A stretch of 64,000 nucleotides of DNA from a virus (Duplodnaviria > Caudoviricetes): the IMG/VR virus record IMGVR_UViG_3300020049_006942, one strand, 5' to 3'. Numbering within the stretch: the first letter of the stretch is position 1; each line of letters begins with the position of its first letter. A model generated the notes under the pieces. It saw only the letters and a list, made by a program, of their open reading frames with translations, was not told the origin of the DNA and ran no database searches. Made by a program: the position numbers and the translations under genes. Shown here one piece after another: positions 7,365 to 17,547 of this stretch.

Positions 7365-8714
7365 CTACGATATTATTCTATATAAACGTTCAATAGATTC
7401 GGAATACTTATCTGCTATATGTTTAATATAATTTTTTACATCGGATAGGTTTATTAGGTTTGTGTTGGTTAACACATTCATCAATATATCCATGAGAGGC
7501 AGATCATGTTTGGCACAAAAATCTTTTATAGTTTCATCTTTAAAATTTGAGTAGTAATAAACCGAGAGAATCTGATTTAATTTATAGGAATTGACCTCGG
7601 ACACTTTATATATTGATGTATCATATAATGCCGTATAGATCAAGTAATATGCATATGCACGGGTATTTAATTCATTGCCGTGTTCTATTAATATTTTTTC
7701 CATGCCTATATCTCTATTCTGTGTATGGAGAGACATTATCGTTGTCAGATATTTGTAGGTTAGATTAGAAGATTTACTAATTGATTTTTTTAATTCTCTT
7801 TTACCGAGCGAACCAATCGATGCTATTTTTTTTGTTTTATATAAAATGTTAAATGCTTTTTGAGGCTCATAGAATTTTTCTAGAATTTCCTTATCAGTTC
7901 CTTTTGCAATATTTTTCACTAAGAATATTTCAAAATCTCCAATTCCTTCTTCGAAATTAAATTTGGCATGTTTGAAGGAGTTTTGTATCAAAGGATATAC
8001 TGCACTGGCGGCATCCGCCTCAATCTCCGAATCGTATTCATCTTTGATTTGAGCAGTAGGAAAGTGAATCAATATGATTGGTTTTGGATTAGGATGGATT
8101 TTATGTGAGTTATAATTAGGGTAATTGTTTGGAGATGGATTGCCATTTATATCTTTATAAATTATTTCTTCATCTCCTTGTTCATAGATTACGAAATATG
8201 GTCCTTTTTTGAGATAATCACTGGCATAAGGTTCTTCTCTAACACACCATTCGGTTCCTTCTGCAATCCGCATTATTGCCTTAGCAGTGGTAACTTTGTA
8301 CAATTTATATCGACCAAGTTCCTTTATTTTATGGCGGTCTTGCCAGTCTTCGTCGGTCATAGGTTCCACATTAGTTATATCGGAATTAACTTCTATCTGT
8401 TGCACCAATTCTTTATAGGACTTGTATGAGTTTAAATCTTTATTCCCTTGCCATTTTTTTGTTTTTGATTGGTTTAAAAATTTTTCCAGTGTGGATTTTA
8501 TTTTATTTATATCTTCGGGGATGCGGAATTGGTTTGAATTTTTAATGATCCAATCTATATATTTTTTATTCGGAGTTGGGTCTGCATCGGCCAACTGTGT
8601 GATGGATTGCTCTGTTTGATTTTCGTATTTTTTAAGCAGGAAAGGGATGCGAGATGATATATCTTCTAGAATAAAAAACGAATCAAGTATAGAATATAGT
8701 TCATTAAATTTCAT
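7365..8714 (-). CDS. Putative internal head protein with MKFNELY tag; PcfJ-like GTxWC domain
   Basis: MKFNELYSILDSFFILE^; DPT..KKYIDWI, DLNSYKS, GTEWCVR..Y...GP motifs common in large phages. Confidence 0.65.
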   Translation of the reverse strand: MKFNELYSILDSFFILEDISSRIPFLLKKYENQTEQSITQLADADPTPNKKYIDWIIKNSNQFRIPEDINKIKSTLEKFLNQSKTKKWQGNKDLNSYKSYKELVQQIEVNSDITNVEPMTDEDWQDRHKIKELGRYKLYKVTTAKAIMRIAEGTEWCVREEPYASDYLKKGPYFVIYEQGDEEIIYKDINGNPSPNNYPNYNSHKIHPNPKPIILIHFPTAQIKDEYDSEIEADAASAVYPLIQNSFKHAKFNFEEGIGDFEIFLVKNIAKGTDKEILEKFYEPQKAFNILYKTKKIASIGSLGKRELKKSISKSSNLTYKYLTTIMSLHTQNRDIGMEKILIEHGNELNTRAYAYYLIYTALYDTSIYKVSEVNSYKLNQILSVYYYSNFKDETIKDFCAKHDLPLMDILMNVLTNTNLINLSDVKNYIKHIADKYSESIERLYRIIS

Positions 8715-8722
8715 AATTAGGT

Positions 8723-9397
8723 TTAATCACCGTCTCTAGCCACTCTCTTATTAAGAGTAGGTTTCTCTCCCATTTTTATTTTTGCAAGGAGAAGAGCATC
8801 TTCTTTTCGTTTTGCCTCTTGTTCGTCTTGATTGTTGTTTATATTTTCTTGTGTGTTTTTGGTGGGAAGTTTTTTATTATTATGTAGACCTTTCCAATCA
8901 TAACAACTATAGTCACTATGTTCTCTGTTATATGTTGCCCCGTCGAATTCAAATATATATTCTTCGGGTTTTTGGCGAAGGCGTGTAAATATTTCCTCGA
9001 TAATAGGAATCATCTTGGGATGGAATTCTTTCCATACAGAGAATATCTTGTTTGTTGTCCATATACGTGCGTCATATATACGTAATGCATTCGTGCGAAT
9101 ATCTCTTACTTCATACACAGGAATATTAGAAATCAGTTGTTTCGACATTTCCTCATGGTCGTCATCGGAAAGTATTCTTCGTAATCCGGCATGTCCAGGA
9201 AACTGTGTCTCGTCTTTTCTGGCAACATACTTAAATATACCACCAGTACATTCATATATCAGTATAGAATATTGAGTATCTCTACAATAATGAAAGGATA
9301 TGCGTTCATCGCGAGAACTTCTCGATATTATCGTATCAGGATTTTCCTTGATAATATCTAACTTGTTTAGTTTATTATATAGTTCATTAAATTTCAT
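8723..9397 (-). CDS. Putative internal head protein, paralogue of 6632-7342
   Basis: MKFNELYNKLNKLDIIKE^NPD; ARIWTTNKIFSVW; ends DGD*. Confidence 0.7.
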   Translation of the reverse strand: MKFNELYNKLNKLDIIKENPDTIISRSSRDERISFHYCRDTQYSILIYECTGGIFKYVARKDETQFPGHAGLRRILSDDDHEEMSKQLISNIPVYEVRDIRTNALRIYDARIWTTNKIFSVWKEFHPKMIPIIEEIFTRLRQKPEEYIFEFDGATYNREHSDYSCYDWKGLHNNKKLPTKNTQENINNNQDEQEAKRKEDALLLAKIKMGEKPTLNKRVARDGD

Positions 9398-9403
9398 AGT
9401 ATT

Positions 9404-10255
9404 TTACATTACAAATATGTGTCCGATATTGGATGTGAATATTGTATCAATATCATTGTTGAGCATATTCTCATATAGTTCAAATGTATATTCCAATTCG
9501 TCCTTTTGATCCTGAGATAGATTTCTTCTTAAAGGATAACCGTCTACACGGCCCCATGCAGTTTTTATAGGAAGAATATTCGGAAGTTTGGTATTCAATG
9601 TAATCTTTCCGTTTATAATATATTGTGCAATTAACTCATTAATGAATTCATCATCATTTCTTATATTTTTGTCTCTTGCAGATTTAAATGTTCCGAGTGC
9701 ATGGCCGAGTTCTCTTTTTATCTTTTGATTTGTTCTAGAGTAAGGATCGCTGATGCTTAGTTTTTGACCATATGCAATACCAAGTATTTCGTCGAATAGC
9801 TTATTCACTGTTTTTTTTATCTCCCTCCAGAAATAATCTGAACCATTCCTTGTAACTGTATCACGGGAAAATGCATGGCCGAATCTGTGTGCCATAATCC
9901 AAGGGGTGAGAGGTACCTTTTCATCTCCCATATTGTTTGTAAATATTAGGGTGATGTTATCTTCATTGTACGGAATATCAAGTTTCATCTTATCGCGAAC
10001 AAAATAGGAATCAACACGACCAAGTTCATAGAATTTGGATATCTCTGGTCCTTTGGCAATATAGATGTCAATAGGATGTTCGAGCTTTGACCATTTATTT
10101 TTTATGCGTTCCAAGGAATTCTTATTTTTGAGAATACCCACAGATGCACGATCATATTTATGGAGTTTAGAAGATTCCCAATCGCCCTTGAGTTCGATAT
10201 TCTCGATCCCATCATCTTCTTTTATGAGAAATTTATAAAGCTCTTGGAATGTCAT
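9404..10255 (-). CDS. Putative internal head protein, degenerate zincin-like (HRxxH) domain
   Basis: MTFQELYKFLIKE^; PWIMAHRFGHA...NELIAQY. Confidence 0.65.
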   Translation of the reverse strand: MTFQELYKFLIKEDDGIENIELKGDWESSKLHKYDRASVGILKNKNSLERIKNKWSKLEHPIDIYIAKGPEISKFYELGRVDSYFVRDKMKLDIPYNEDNITLIFTNNMGDEKVPLTPWIMAHRFGHAFSRDTVTRNGSDYFWREIKKTVNKLFDEILGIAYGQKLSISDPYSRTNQKIKRELGHALGTFKSARDKNIRNDDEFINELIAQYIINGKITLNTKLPNILPIKTAWGRVDGYPLRRNLSQDQKDELEYTFELYENMLNNDIDTIFTSNIGHIFVM

Positions 10256-10269
10256 ATATTTTACTTATG

Positions 10270-10992
10270 TCAACTAAGTTGAATATATGTATAATCTCGT
10301 TCCAGTGCCCATTCGCAAATAGCTTTAAGATTATCGAGTACCTGTTTTATACGTTCTTTGGAAAGACCTCCCTGATAGTGATTACCATCCTGTGTTTCGG
10401 GGCGAACGGCTTTATCAAGTTGATAATCATTGTCTTCGATTTGTTCAATCTTCATTAATAATTCATTTGCCTGAATGGATGGATATTCCGTCATCACATC
10501 ATCAGAATAGTTGAGAATATCACACATCAATGTTCTTGCATTTAGATTAGAGAGGTTCATTTCAGGAGGATTATCCGTAACTGGATTTACCTTTACACGA
10601 AGCCTCCATACATCTCCTTTACGACTACCCGAAGTTTCCACATATGGTTTATTAAGAACTTCGGCATTGTTTTCCCCGACATAGTAAGAAATCATTTGAA
10701 TCAATTTAGTTGTGAGTTCTTCGGGCACCTTATCTGTATATATGCTCAGGACTCCTTCGGGGCCGAAATAGTCACTATCACCATCAACCACGATCTTTTC
10801 ACCCCGAAGTTCGTCAGGATATTTTTCAAGAGGTATGTTCAAGTTTTTCAACATGAACTGGTGAAATTGATTATTAAGAATCCATGCCAAGTCTCCAAGG
10901 GTTGCAACAGTTGTTGTACTATCTGCAACGGAAAATGTCACACTTTCTTGAACAACAATATGGGATATAAATTTATCAAACAAGGGAGTCAT
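10270..10992 (-). CDS. Putative internal head protein
   Basis: MTPLFDKFISHIVVQE^S tag; PEMNLSNLNARTL motif. Confidence 0.65.
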   Translation of the reverse strand: MTPLFDKFISHIVVQESVTFSVADSTTTVATLGDLAWILNNQFHQFMLKNLNIPLEKYPDELRGEKIVVDGDSDYFGPEGVLSIYTDKVPEELTTKLIQMISYYVGENNAEVLNKPYVETSGSRKGDVWRLRVKVNPVTDNPPEMNLSNLNARTLMCDILNYSDDVMTEYPSIQANELLMKIEQIEDNDYQLDKAVRPETQDGNHYQGGLSKERIKQVLDNLKAICEWALERDYTYIQLS

Positions 10993-10997
10993 ATGTA

Positions 10998-11318
10998 TTA
11001 ATATTTAGCAAAACCATCAAGAGCACCGGGATATTCACGGACAAGTCGTTTCACATCTTGGACATTTTTAAATAATAAAAGACGTGCAGGATCATTGACA
11101 GGATATTCATAGAAACAAATCACCTTTGAATTTTTCAATGCTTTTAAAACCTTTGGTGCATCCGTTCTCGACAAGGTTACTTGAGTTACAAGATTGAATT
11201 TTTCCAATTTAACCTTGGTTCCTGAGATTGCATTATTAACTTTATTTTGAAAGTCAGGTTCGGCAATAAAGTATTCCTGTAATATATTATTTATAAATGT
11301 ATCAAATTCTGTTGTCAT
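10998..11318 (-). CDS. Putative internal head protein
   Basis: MTTEFDTFINNILQE^ tag; own late promoter TGTAAATA 6 nt upstream. Confidence 0.65.
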   Translation of the reverse strand: MTTEFDTFINNILQEYFIAEPDFQNKVNNAISGTKVKLEKFNLVTQVTLSRTDAPKVLKALKNSKVICFYEYPVNDPARLLLFKNVQDVKRLVREYPGALDGFAKY

Positions 11319-11335
11319 ATTTAATATTTACACTT

Positions 11336-14300
11336 TTAAATGTTGAGATTGTTGGGAGGTATAATACCGAACAGTGCGGTCCAATCGGTGGCAGTTATAA
11401 AATAGTCTTTTTTTCTATTATCACCCGACCAGTGACCCGATAAAATATAATAACCCTCAACCGTTTTAGTATCGGATGCGATTGCATAAATGTTATAGTA
11501 GATGTTTGTATTTGGTAGCCCCTTCTCTCCTATCGGTCCTTTTCCGATATAAATCAGGTTATCACCCTGTTGATTTTTGTAGTGTCCTTTTTTATATCCT
11601 TCTCTTGCCAAGTTACTAAATTGTAACAACACTTCGCCCGACACCTTGATATTAGATTTAGAATCGTCTTCTTTAGTTGTTGTAGGTGGTTCCTCGTCAA
11701 ATATTTCCTTCCATTTCTTTGCAGTTATAAAATAATGGTATGATGTGGATGTTCCAAGCATATTGTTTGAAAATTCAGAAGCCCCCGAAGAACCACCATA
11801 TATATCTTTCGGTTTCACAGACTTCATAGGAAATCCACTATCTCGAAGGCTACCCTTTCCGATATAAATTAATTGTTCCCCGTCTTTTGTTTTACTGTCC
11901 TTGAGATACGGGAGTGCATTTTCAATTTTTGCCAACTTTTTAAATTTGCGTTTAATGCCAGGAGATATGTCCGAAGTTGTAGAGTCTATTAAATTTTTGA
12001 TAGGACCGAACAATTCGGTCCATGCATAATCTTTCATCCATATAGTAGTCCCAGGACTTAAATCGACCTCAAGTTTTTTCATGCTTGATACTCCCGACCA
12101 ATTATCGCCCGTCATCCAAGTCCCGAACATATAATCTTCTACTAATTCTTGTGTAAATATGCCGTCTTTTATTGCACCGAGAACATCAACAGCGGTTCCA
12201 ACATATAATACTATATATTCTTTTACGTTAGGAATCGAAGCTAACTGTTTATGCCCACTTTTTGCAAGATTTTGATATTTTTTTATTACTTCTGGAGTAA
12301 TAACATTTTTCTTCTCTGCAACAACGGGTTTATGCTCACCGAAATATTTTTTCCAGATGTCTATCCACATGATAACGGGTTGATCTAGATCAGTCACATT
12401 ATCAAACGATCTGAGTTTAATCCATAAATCACCGCCTTTTTTCATTGTATACATCATGGGAGATGATACTAGTGCAGGTTTGACAAAAATATCTTTTTTA
12501 AATTTACCAGACTCGTACAATTGTTTGACATCTCTTATCGTTCCTACATACGGCCAATTCGTTCCTACTCCCCCGTAATGACTCTCACCATATTCTAATA
12601 AGGCATGGAAATCTGATATTTCCTTTTCGGTAAATTCCTTTGATTTGGTCTTACTTTCTCTAGTCTTTTTCTTATCACCGAATAGCTCTTGCCAATATTT
12701 ATCTTTCATCCAAACACGATATGCGAACGATACATCATCCTCATTGTTGAGGGTTTCCCATGATCCACTATTATATATTTTACCGAACGCCTCTTTATCG
12801 AATAGGCTCTTGGGAAATACCCCGGCATGTATATCCTCTGCAACGTTCTGTCCAAATCCTAAGTGATGAGCATTAAGAAGAGATGGGATAGCAAACTTAT
12901 GAGTTGCCACGGTATAACCAACATTATCATTGTCTCTATACTTCTTTATAATTTCAGGAGTTATTTTATCATTTTTCGGTAACTTATCATCTTCGATGTC
13001 TTCGGATGGTTTAAATTTTCCAAATAAACTTTCCCACAATGTTTTTTTCATGACATATTGATAACCTTCTTTTGCTCCTAATATGCCATCACCACCCCAA
13101 TCACTTATACAATAACCACTATTAGAATGTTCGATGCGTCCAATATTTTTCGATATCTTTTTTATAAGAGAGAGATCATCTCCTCCAATAATATTAGATA
13201 ATGTGATTGTAGCACCATTTTGTATATCTTCTGGGTCTGCCAGATGTTTAGGTATAGAGTTTCCCAATGAAACCCAAAAATCTGGAGAGCCAGCAGTCGC
13301 TTCCTCAAACGACGATTCATCTTTAAATTCTTTCGCAACCTTTATAAAATATTTTTTAACGGCTTCAAACTTATTAGCTTTCTCTTTATAGCCTGTTATT
13401 TCTTCAAATGGTCCAAAGATATCTTCCCAATGCGATTTTTTTAAATAATATTTATTACTAGGCGCATTTCCGTACAAATTAGGACAGCCCGTTTTTTCGA
13501 CCATACTAAGTTCATCATCTAGATATCCACTACAATTGTTAATACTTGATACTCCTATCTCTTTTACCAACCCTTCACCCGAAACACCATTACCAATAAA
13601 TATAAATCCTTTTTTATATATGTCAGAATCGGTTTGTTTTGCCGCCGCTATAAACTTGGAAACATATGTGGAATTAGGAGTATATTTTGTTTTATCAGAA
13701 GAATCAAATTCTTTAGGAAGTTTTCCGAATTTTTTTATCCAAATATCTTTAGGGATTGCATAATCGTGTGAGGGGGATGACCCCTCATTGCCACCGCTCC
13801 ACGATCCTGAATCAAGACGCATAAACAGATCAAAAGAATCTATGTCTAACAAGTGCATTAAATGTGGTGGTGTATTTACTCCTGGTCCCACAGCTATCAA
13901 TTCGTTCCCGCTGCTATTGTATATTTTACCAAATTTTTTAAACCCTTCCTTTGCCATCTTATTCCAATGTGGACGATTCATCTCAATGTTGGAAGATGTA
14001 TCTTGATATTGTACTTTTCCAGGCATCATGTGCTGTGGAAATTGGAAAGATTTCCCTAAATCGTGGAATATTTCTTTTGGTTCTTTTTTCGGTTTCACCT
14101 CTTCTTTTGGAGGAGCCTTCTCAACTTTATAATATTGTTCCCATGTTCTATCTCCAGAGGCTTTCAGCATTTCAATATACATCCGATCTATACTTCTAAG
14201 TGCAGGCACTTCTTTTGTTACATTTCCAGAGGCATCTTTTATTTTTATTGTTGCAACTTCTTTTATTTTTTTTATTCTATCCCAATTATCTTTAACATCT

Positions 14301-15160
14301 GCCTTAAAGTTTAATGCATTTAATACCCAACGATAACCCGCATTTGATTTATAATATGACTGGAGTTTATTAAAAACCGTATCGGTATTATGTTGCTGGT
14401 GATACATATTATCTATGTAGATAATCTGGTCTACTTCACGCTTTGCATAATATAGTTTGATGTATGCGTCACATATACTTGCCCATGGCTTTCCACCATA
14501 AGAAGCGCCCCATTGCAGGGATAAAAACGATTTTCGACCAATTTCTGCGACCTCTACTTCTGATATATTAAGTTTAGCTATCGTCTGTTTGAGTGCTTTA
14601 TAAGATATTCTGTAGTCGGTATTACGTGATGCGCCCCCCTCCTTCATTTTAATATTATATTTTTTATTAAATTTACGGCGACGTTTATTAATTAAATCTT
14701 TGATAGTACTATCCCCATCCCGTTTTATCTGGGATACTTTCTTCAATTTTTCATAATTATATTTTAAATTAGTATAAAACTCGGCAATCTGCGGGCCTAG
14801 CGTTGCCGTTATATTTAATGGTGAATTATTATCAAAAACATGTCGTAGCTCACATGATATAGAAAACAAACTTGCTTCCAGTAACTCTGGTTGAAGATAG
14901 CCTATTAATTGTTTTTTAATTTCTTCAAACGAAAACTCTGTCGAGTGGTCCAATCCCATCGAATGTGTAGTTGTCTGCGATACTTGTCCGAAATGATCCT
15001 TCTTATCTCCTGGCTGAAACTTTCCTTCTTTCTTTAATGCATTAAGATGCACCAACATATAGAAATCATAAAGAATTAATTCTTTATCTTGGGGAATTGA
15101 ATATGAATAGTTTTTCTCCAGAATAACTTTAGAGAAAATATCAAATGTTGATGACAGCAT
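11336..15160 (-). CDS. Large putative internal head protein: N-terminal YGGxPW/HN domain + 8 diverged ~105-aa repeats
   Basis: MLSSTFDIFSKVILE^; CELRH, YGGKPWASI, ID...HNTDTVFNK; repeats each end in W-x3-F-[GD]; CATAAATA 5 nt upstream. Confidence 0.75.
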   Translation of the reverse strand: MLSSTFDIFSKVILEKNYSYSIPQDKELILYDFYMLVHLNALKKEGKFQPGDKKDHFGQVSQTTTHSMGLDHSTEFSFEEIKKQLIGYLQPELLEASLFSISCELRHVFDNNSPLNITATLGPQIAEFYTNLKYNYEKLKKVSQIKRDGDSTIKDLINKRRRKFNKKYNIKMKEGGASRNTDYRISYKALKQTIAKLNISEVEVAEIGRKSFLSLQWGASYGGKPWASICDAYIKLYYAKREVDQIIYIDNMYHQQHNTDTVFNKLQSYYKSNAGYRWVLNALNFKADVKDNWDRIKKIKEVATIKIKDASGNVTKEVPALRSIDRMYIEMLKASGDRTWEQYYKVEKAPPKEEVKPKKEPKEIFHDLGKSFQFPQHMMPGKVQYQDTSSNIEMNRPHWNKMAKEGFKKFGKIYNSSGNELIAVGPGVNTPPHLMHLLDIDSFDLFMRLDSGSWSGGNEGSSPSHDYAIPKDIWIKKFGKLPKEFDSSDKTKYTPNSTYVSKFIAAAKQTDSDIYKKGFIFIGNGVSGEGLVKEIGVSSINNCSGYLDDELSMVEKTGCPNLYGNAPSNKYYLKKSHWEDIFGPFEEITGYKEKANKFEAVKKYFIKVAKEFKDESSFEEATAGSPDFWVSLGNSIPKHLADPEDIQNGATITLSNIIGGDDLSLIKKISKNIGRIEHSNSGYCISDWGGDGILGAKEGYQYVMKKTLWESLFGKFKPSEDIEDDKLPKNDKITPEIIKKYRDNDNVGYTVATHKFAIPSLLNAHHLGFGQNVAEDIHAGVFPKSLFDKEAFGKIYNSGSWETLNNEDDVSFAYRVWMKDKYWQELFGDKKKTRESKTKSKEFTEKEISDFHALLEYGESHYGGVGTNWPYVGTIRDVKQLYESGKFKKDIFVKPALVSSPMMYTMKKGGDLWIKLRSFDNVTDLDQPVIMWIDIWKKYFGEHKPVVAEKKNVITPEVIKKYQNLAKSGHKQLASIPNVKEYIVLYVGTAVDVLGAIKDGIFTQELVEDYMFGTWMTGDNWSGVSSMKKLEVDLSPGTTIWMKDYAWTELFGPIKNLIDSTTSDISPGIKRKFKKLAKIENALPYLKDSKTKDGEQLIYIGKGSLRDSGFPMKSVKPKDIYGGSSGASEFSNNMLGTSTSYHYFITAKKWKEIFDEEPPTTTKEDDSKSNIKVSGEVLLQFSNLAREGYKKGHYKNQQGDNLIYIGKGPIGEKGLPNTNIYYNIYAIASDTKTVEGYYILSGHWSGDNRKKDYFITATDWTALFGIIPPNNLNI

Positions 15161-17038
15161 TTAACTATTTATGAGATTTTTTGTTAGTATATAGTTAAAC
15201 ATTTCCTCGATTACACCGTTATCACTATACCAATCATCATTGGATGATAGTGATGGAGATAGTGCATTTCGAGAATCTTTGTAATTGATGACGCTTTCTA
15301 CCGGATTGTTTTGAGGAGATTTGTCCCATGTATAAAAGCAATAGTTGTCTATTCCTCTGGTTAAAAACGGTTCTGCTGATAATGTCTGCAACATGAATAC
15401 ATTGGTGATCTGAGGAGATACTGTGTGAAAATTGAATATCGTTCCTCCGTCTTCTTTGTACAGAACGGTTACTCCAGCGGTTATATAGTCGGTTAGTGTT
15501 ATTTTATTTCCTAAATTACTTCTTTTGTCGAATTTACATATAGTACATATATTAGAATTGTTACAACCGATACATCCGACAAAATTAGTATTGCATACGC
15601 ATCGTGATCCGATAAGTTTTTGTAAAGGTATTGTTGAAAAATTGAATATGCGTCTAAGTTCTTCTGGCAATTCTAATCCGAAATCGTCCATAGGATCATC
15701 CAACATAATTGATTTATCTATTAATGCATCAACTGTACATATATCGATATCAGAATGATCATCAGAAAAATTATGTATTTTATCATACAGCTTTCCAAAA
15801 GAATCACCCGACCCCGCAATCGTATCTAAATATGTGTCGAAATTGCTATATTGTTCTATATCAAATGGCAATGATTGTTTCAACACATCATAGATAGTCG
15901 TATCTTCCCCTTTTCTGAAAAATTCATGACGATTCTCTAGCGCGACAATATCAAAAGGTGAGGAGGTACCAGATAGTGTATAATCAATACCATTATAATT
16001 AAATACACCAGTCGCTGATAGAATTATGCTTCTCGGTGTGTTACGAGTTCGTGTATATTCGATTTTATCATATTCAGGATTACAGGAATCTATATTATTT
16101 GTTATCGTTTGCACTGCTAATGATGATGCGGGGAGATTGAAATTAGTTAATATATATCCACCAGTTTTCTTACAATTTGAATCTAATAAATTCATTGCAC
16201 AAGTCGGATAGACAAATGATGAGGTATCAACGCCGAAACAATTTGATAAAAATTTGATATCTGTTAAATTACCGGAGACATAATGAAGTATGTTAGTGGA
16301 TGAATTTTGTGAACTACCTACACTTATAACATAAGGAATATCAATACCTGCCCACTGTATTCGATTTATATCGTTTATGCCATCTGCTGTTATGATTAGT
16401 TTATCAGGCGTACTGGCACATACAGAGTGTTGAACTGTAGAAAATACACGGGAATTTATGGGAACATTTTTATCGGTTTGTTTGACAGTGAACCATAGAT
16501 TTCTATGTCCTGGCATATCATCGGAATAGTTTACAGAGGATGTTGCTGAATATCCCAGAACAGATGTTCCAGAATAAACAGGCGATCCAGTTATTTCTAA
16601 TTCAGATATATTTTCATCATCAAACGTAAATGACCACTCAGGTTGAAGATGTGTCCAGAAACCTCTGACATCTGAATATGGCACCGAATCGCTTCCACTG
16701 GAATATAATACAACGGTATTCATTTCGTTCCTTGAGGAAAGATTTATTGTAAATGTGTGGATATTTGATACGATGGATGATGTTGCAGGACTCGTTACTA
16801 ATATCTTATCCGTAAAATATGCCCCATTATAAACACTTAATTGAAATGCGGAAGTTGTAGAACATCCTCCACCATATATATTATAAAGACCAATGCTGGA
16901 GTAAATATGCGATGCTGTATTGGTGTGTGAAAATGTCCCATCACCCCAATTTATCAAGGGAGCTTCTGCGGAAGGCGAAATCTGAAATGTAAAAGTTGTT
17001 ACATTTTTAATACCAGATAATTGAGAGACGGTGATCAT
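15161..17038 (-). CDS. Baseplate-associated structural protein with PKD-like N-terminus and Cys cluster
   Basis: INWGDGT...SHIYSSIGLY (PKD-like); CxC-x6-CxxC-x5-CxxC; next to gp25. Confidence 0.6.
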   Translation of the reverse strand: MITVSQLSGIKNVTTFTFQISPSAEAPLINWGDGTFSHTNTASHIYSSIGLYNIYGGGCSTTSAFQLSVYNGAYFTDKILVTSPATSSIVSNIHTFTINLSSRNEMNTVVLYSSGSDSVPYSDVRGFWTHLQPEWSFTFDDENISELEITGSPVYSGTSVLGYSATSSVNYSDDMPGHRNLWFTVKQTDKNVPINSRVFSTVQHSVCASTPDKLIITADGINDINRIQWAGIDIPYVISVGSSQNSSTNILHYVSGNLTDIKFLSNCFGVDTSSFVYPTCAMNLLDSNCKKTGGYILTNFNLPASSLAVQTITNNIDSCNPEYDKIEYTRTRNTPRSIILSATGVFNYNGIDYTLSGTSSPFDIVALENRHEFFRKGEDTTIYDVLKQSLPFDIEQYSNFDTYLDTIAGSGDSFGKLYDKIHNFSDDHSDIDICTVDALIDKSIMLDDPMDDFGLELPEELRRIFNFSTIPLQKLIGSRCVCNTNFVGCIGCNNSNICTICKFDKRSNLGNKITLTDYITAGVTVLYKEDGGTIFNFHTVSPQITNVFMLQTLSAEPFLTRGIDNYCFYTWDKSPQNNPVESVINYKDSRNALSPSLSSNDDWYSDNGVIEEMFNYILTKNLINS

Positions 17039-17040
17039 TG

Positions 17041-17511
17041 TTACCTATTTATAAATGTGAACTCACCAGTATTTGTAAATGCTGCATTTAGTATCGTCAA
17101 CGATTCAGAGAAATTGACCAAATCTAACCGCATCTCAATAAAGTATGTCATTTGGTCAATATTGTATCGCACTATTATTTTATTAACTTTAACCCGTGGT
17201 TCGTATAGAACGATTGCTCGTTCGATTTCTTCTCCTATCGACTGTGCTCGCATTTCGGAGATTGGTTGACCTATGTATTTCCGCAAATTGATGCCGACTG
17301 TGGGGGAAAGATGTCTTTTCTGAAAAAGTATATTTCTTATCGAATTTTTTATAGCCTCAATATCAGTTGCAACTACTAGATCATTTCCCGCAACAATATT
17401 ATTGTTTCTAGTATTCGATGATACTTGTTTTTCTTCAAAATTCAAATCTAAATCAGAATATGTATAAGTCTTTCCTGTTTTTTTACTGGAAAGATTTGAA
17501 ATAGTTATCAT
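17041..17511 (-). CDS. gp25: Baseplate wedge subunit, T4 gp25-like (start reassigned to ATG 17511)
   Basis: YSDLDL...DIEAIKNSIRNIL...YEPRV motifs; CATAAATA 5 nt before ATG 17511. Confidence 0.88.
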   Translation of the reverse strand: MITISNLSSKKTGKTYTYSDLDLNFEEKQVSSNTRNNNIVAGNDLVVATDIEAIKNSIRNILFQKRHLSPTVGINLRKYIGQPISEMRAQSIGEEIERAIVLYEPRVKVNKIIVRYNIDQMTYFIEMRLDLVNFSESLTILNAAFTNTGEFTFINR

Positions 17512-17547
17512 GTAATTATTTATGGGGTAAATATATAAATACATATT

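Noticed and set aside
6632-9397. Diversity-generating retroelement behind the MKFNELY family
   Set aside because: Similarity is confined to the 5' tags, and no template/variable repeat pair or RT is present in the window
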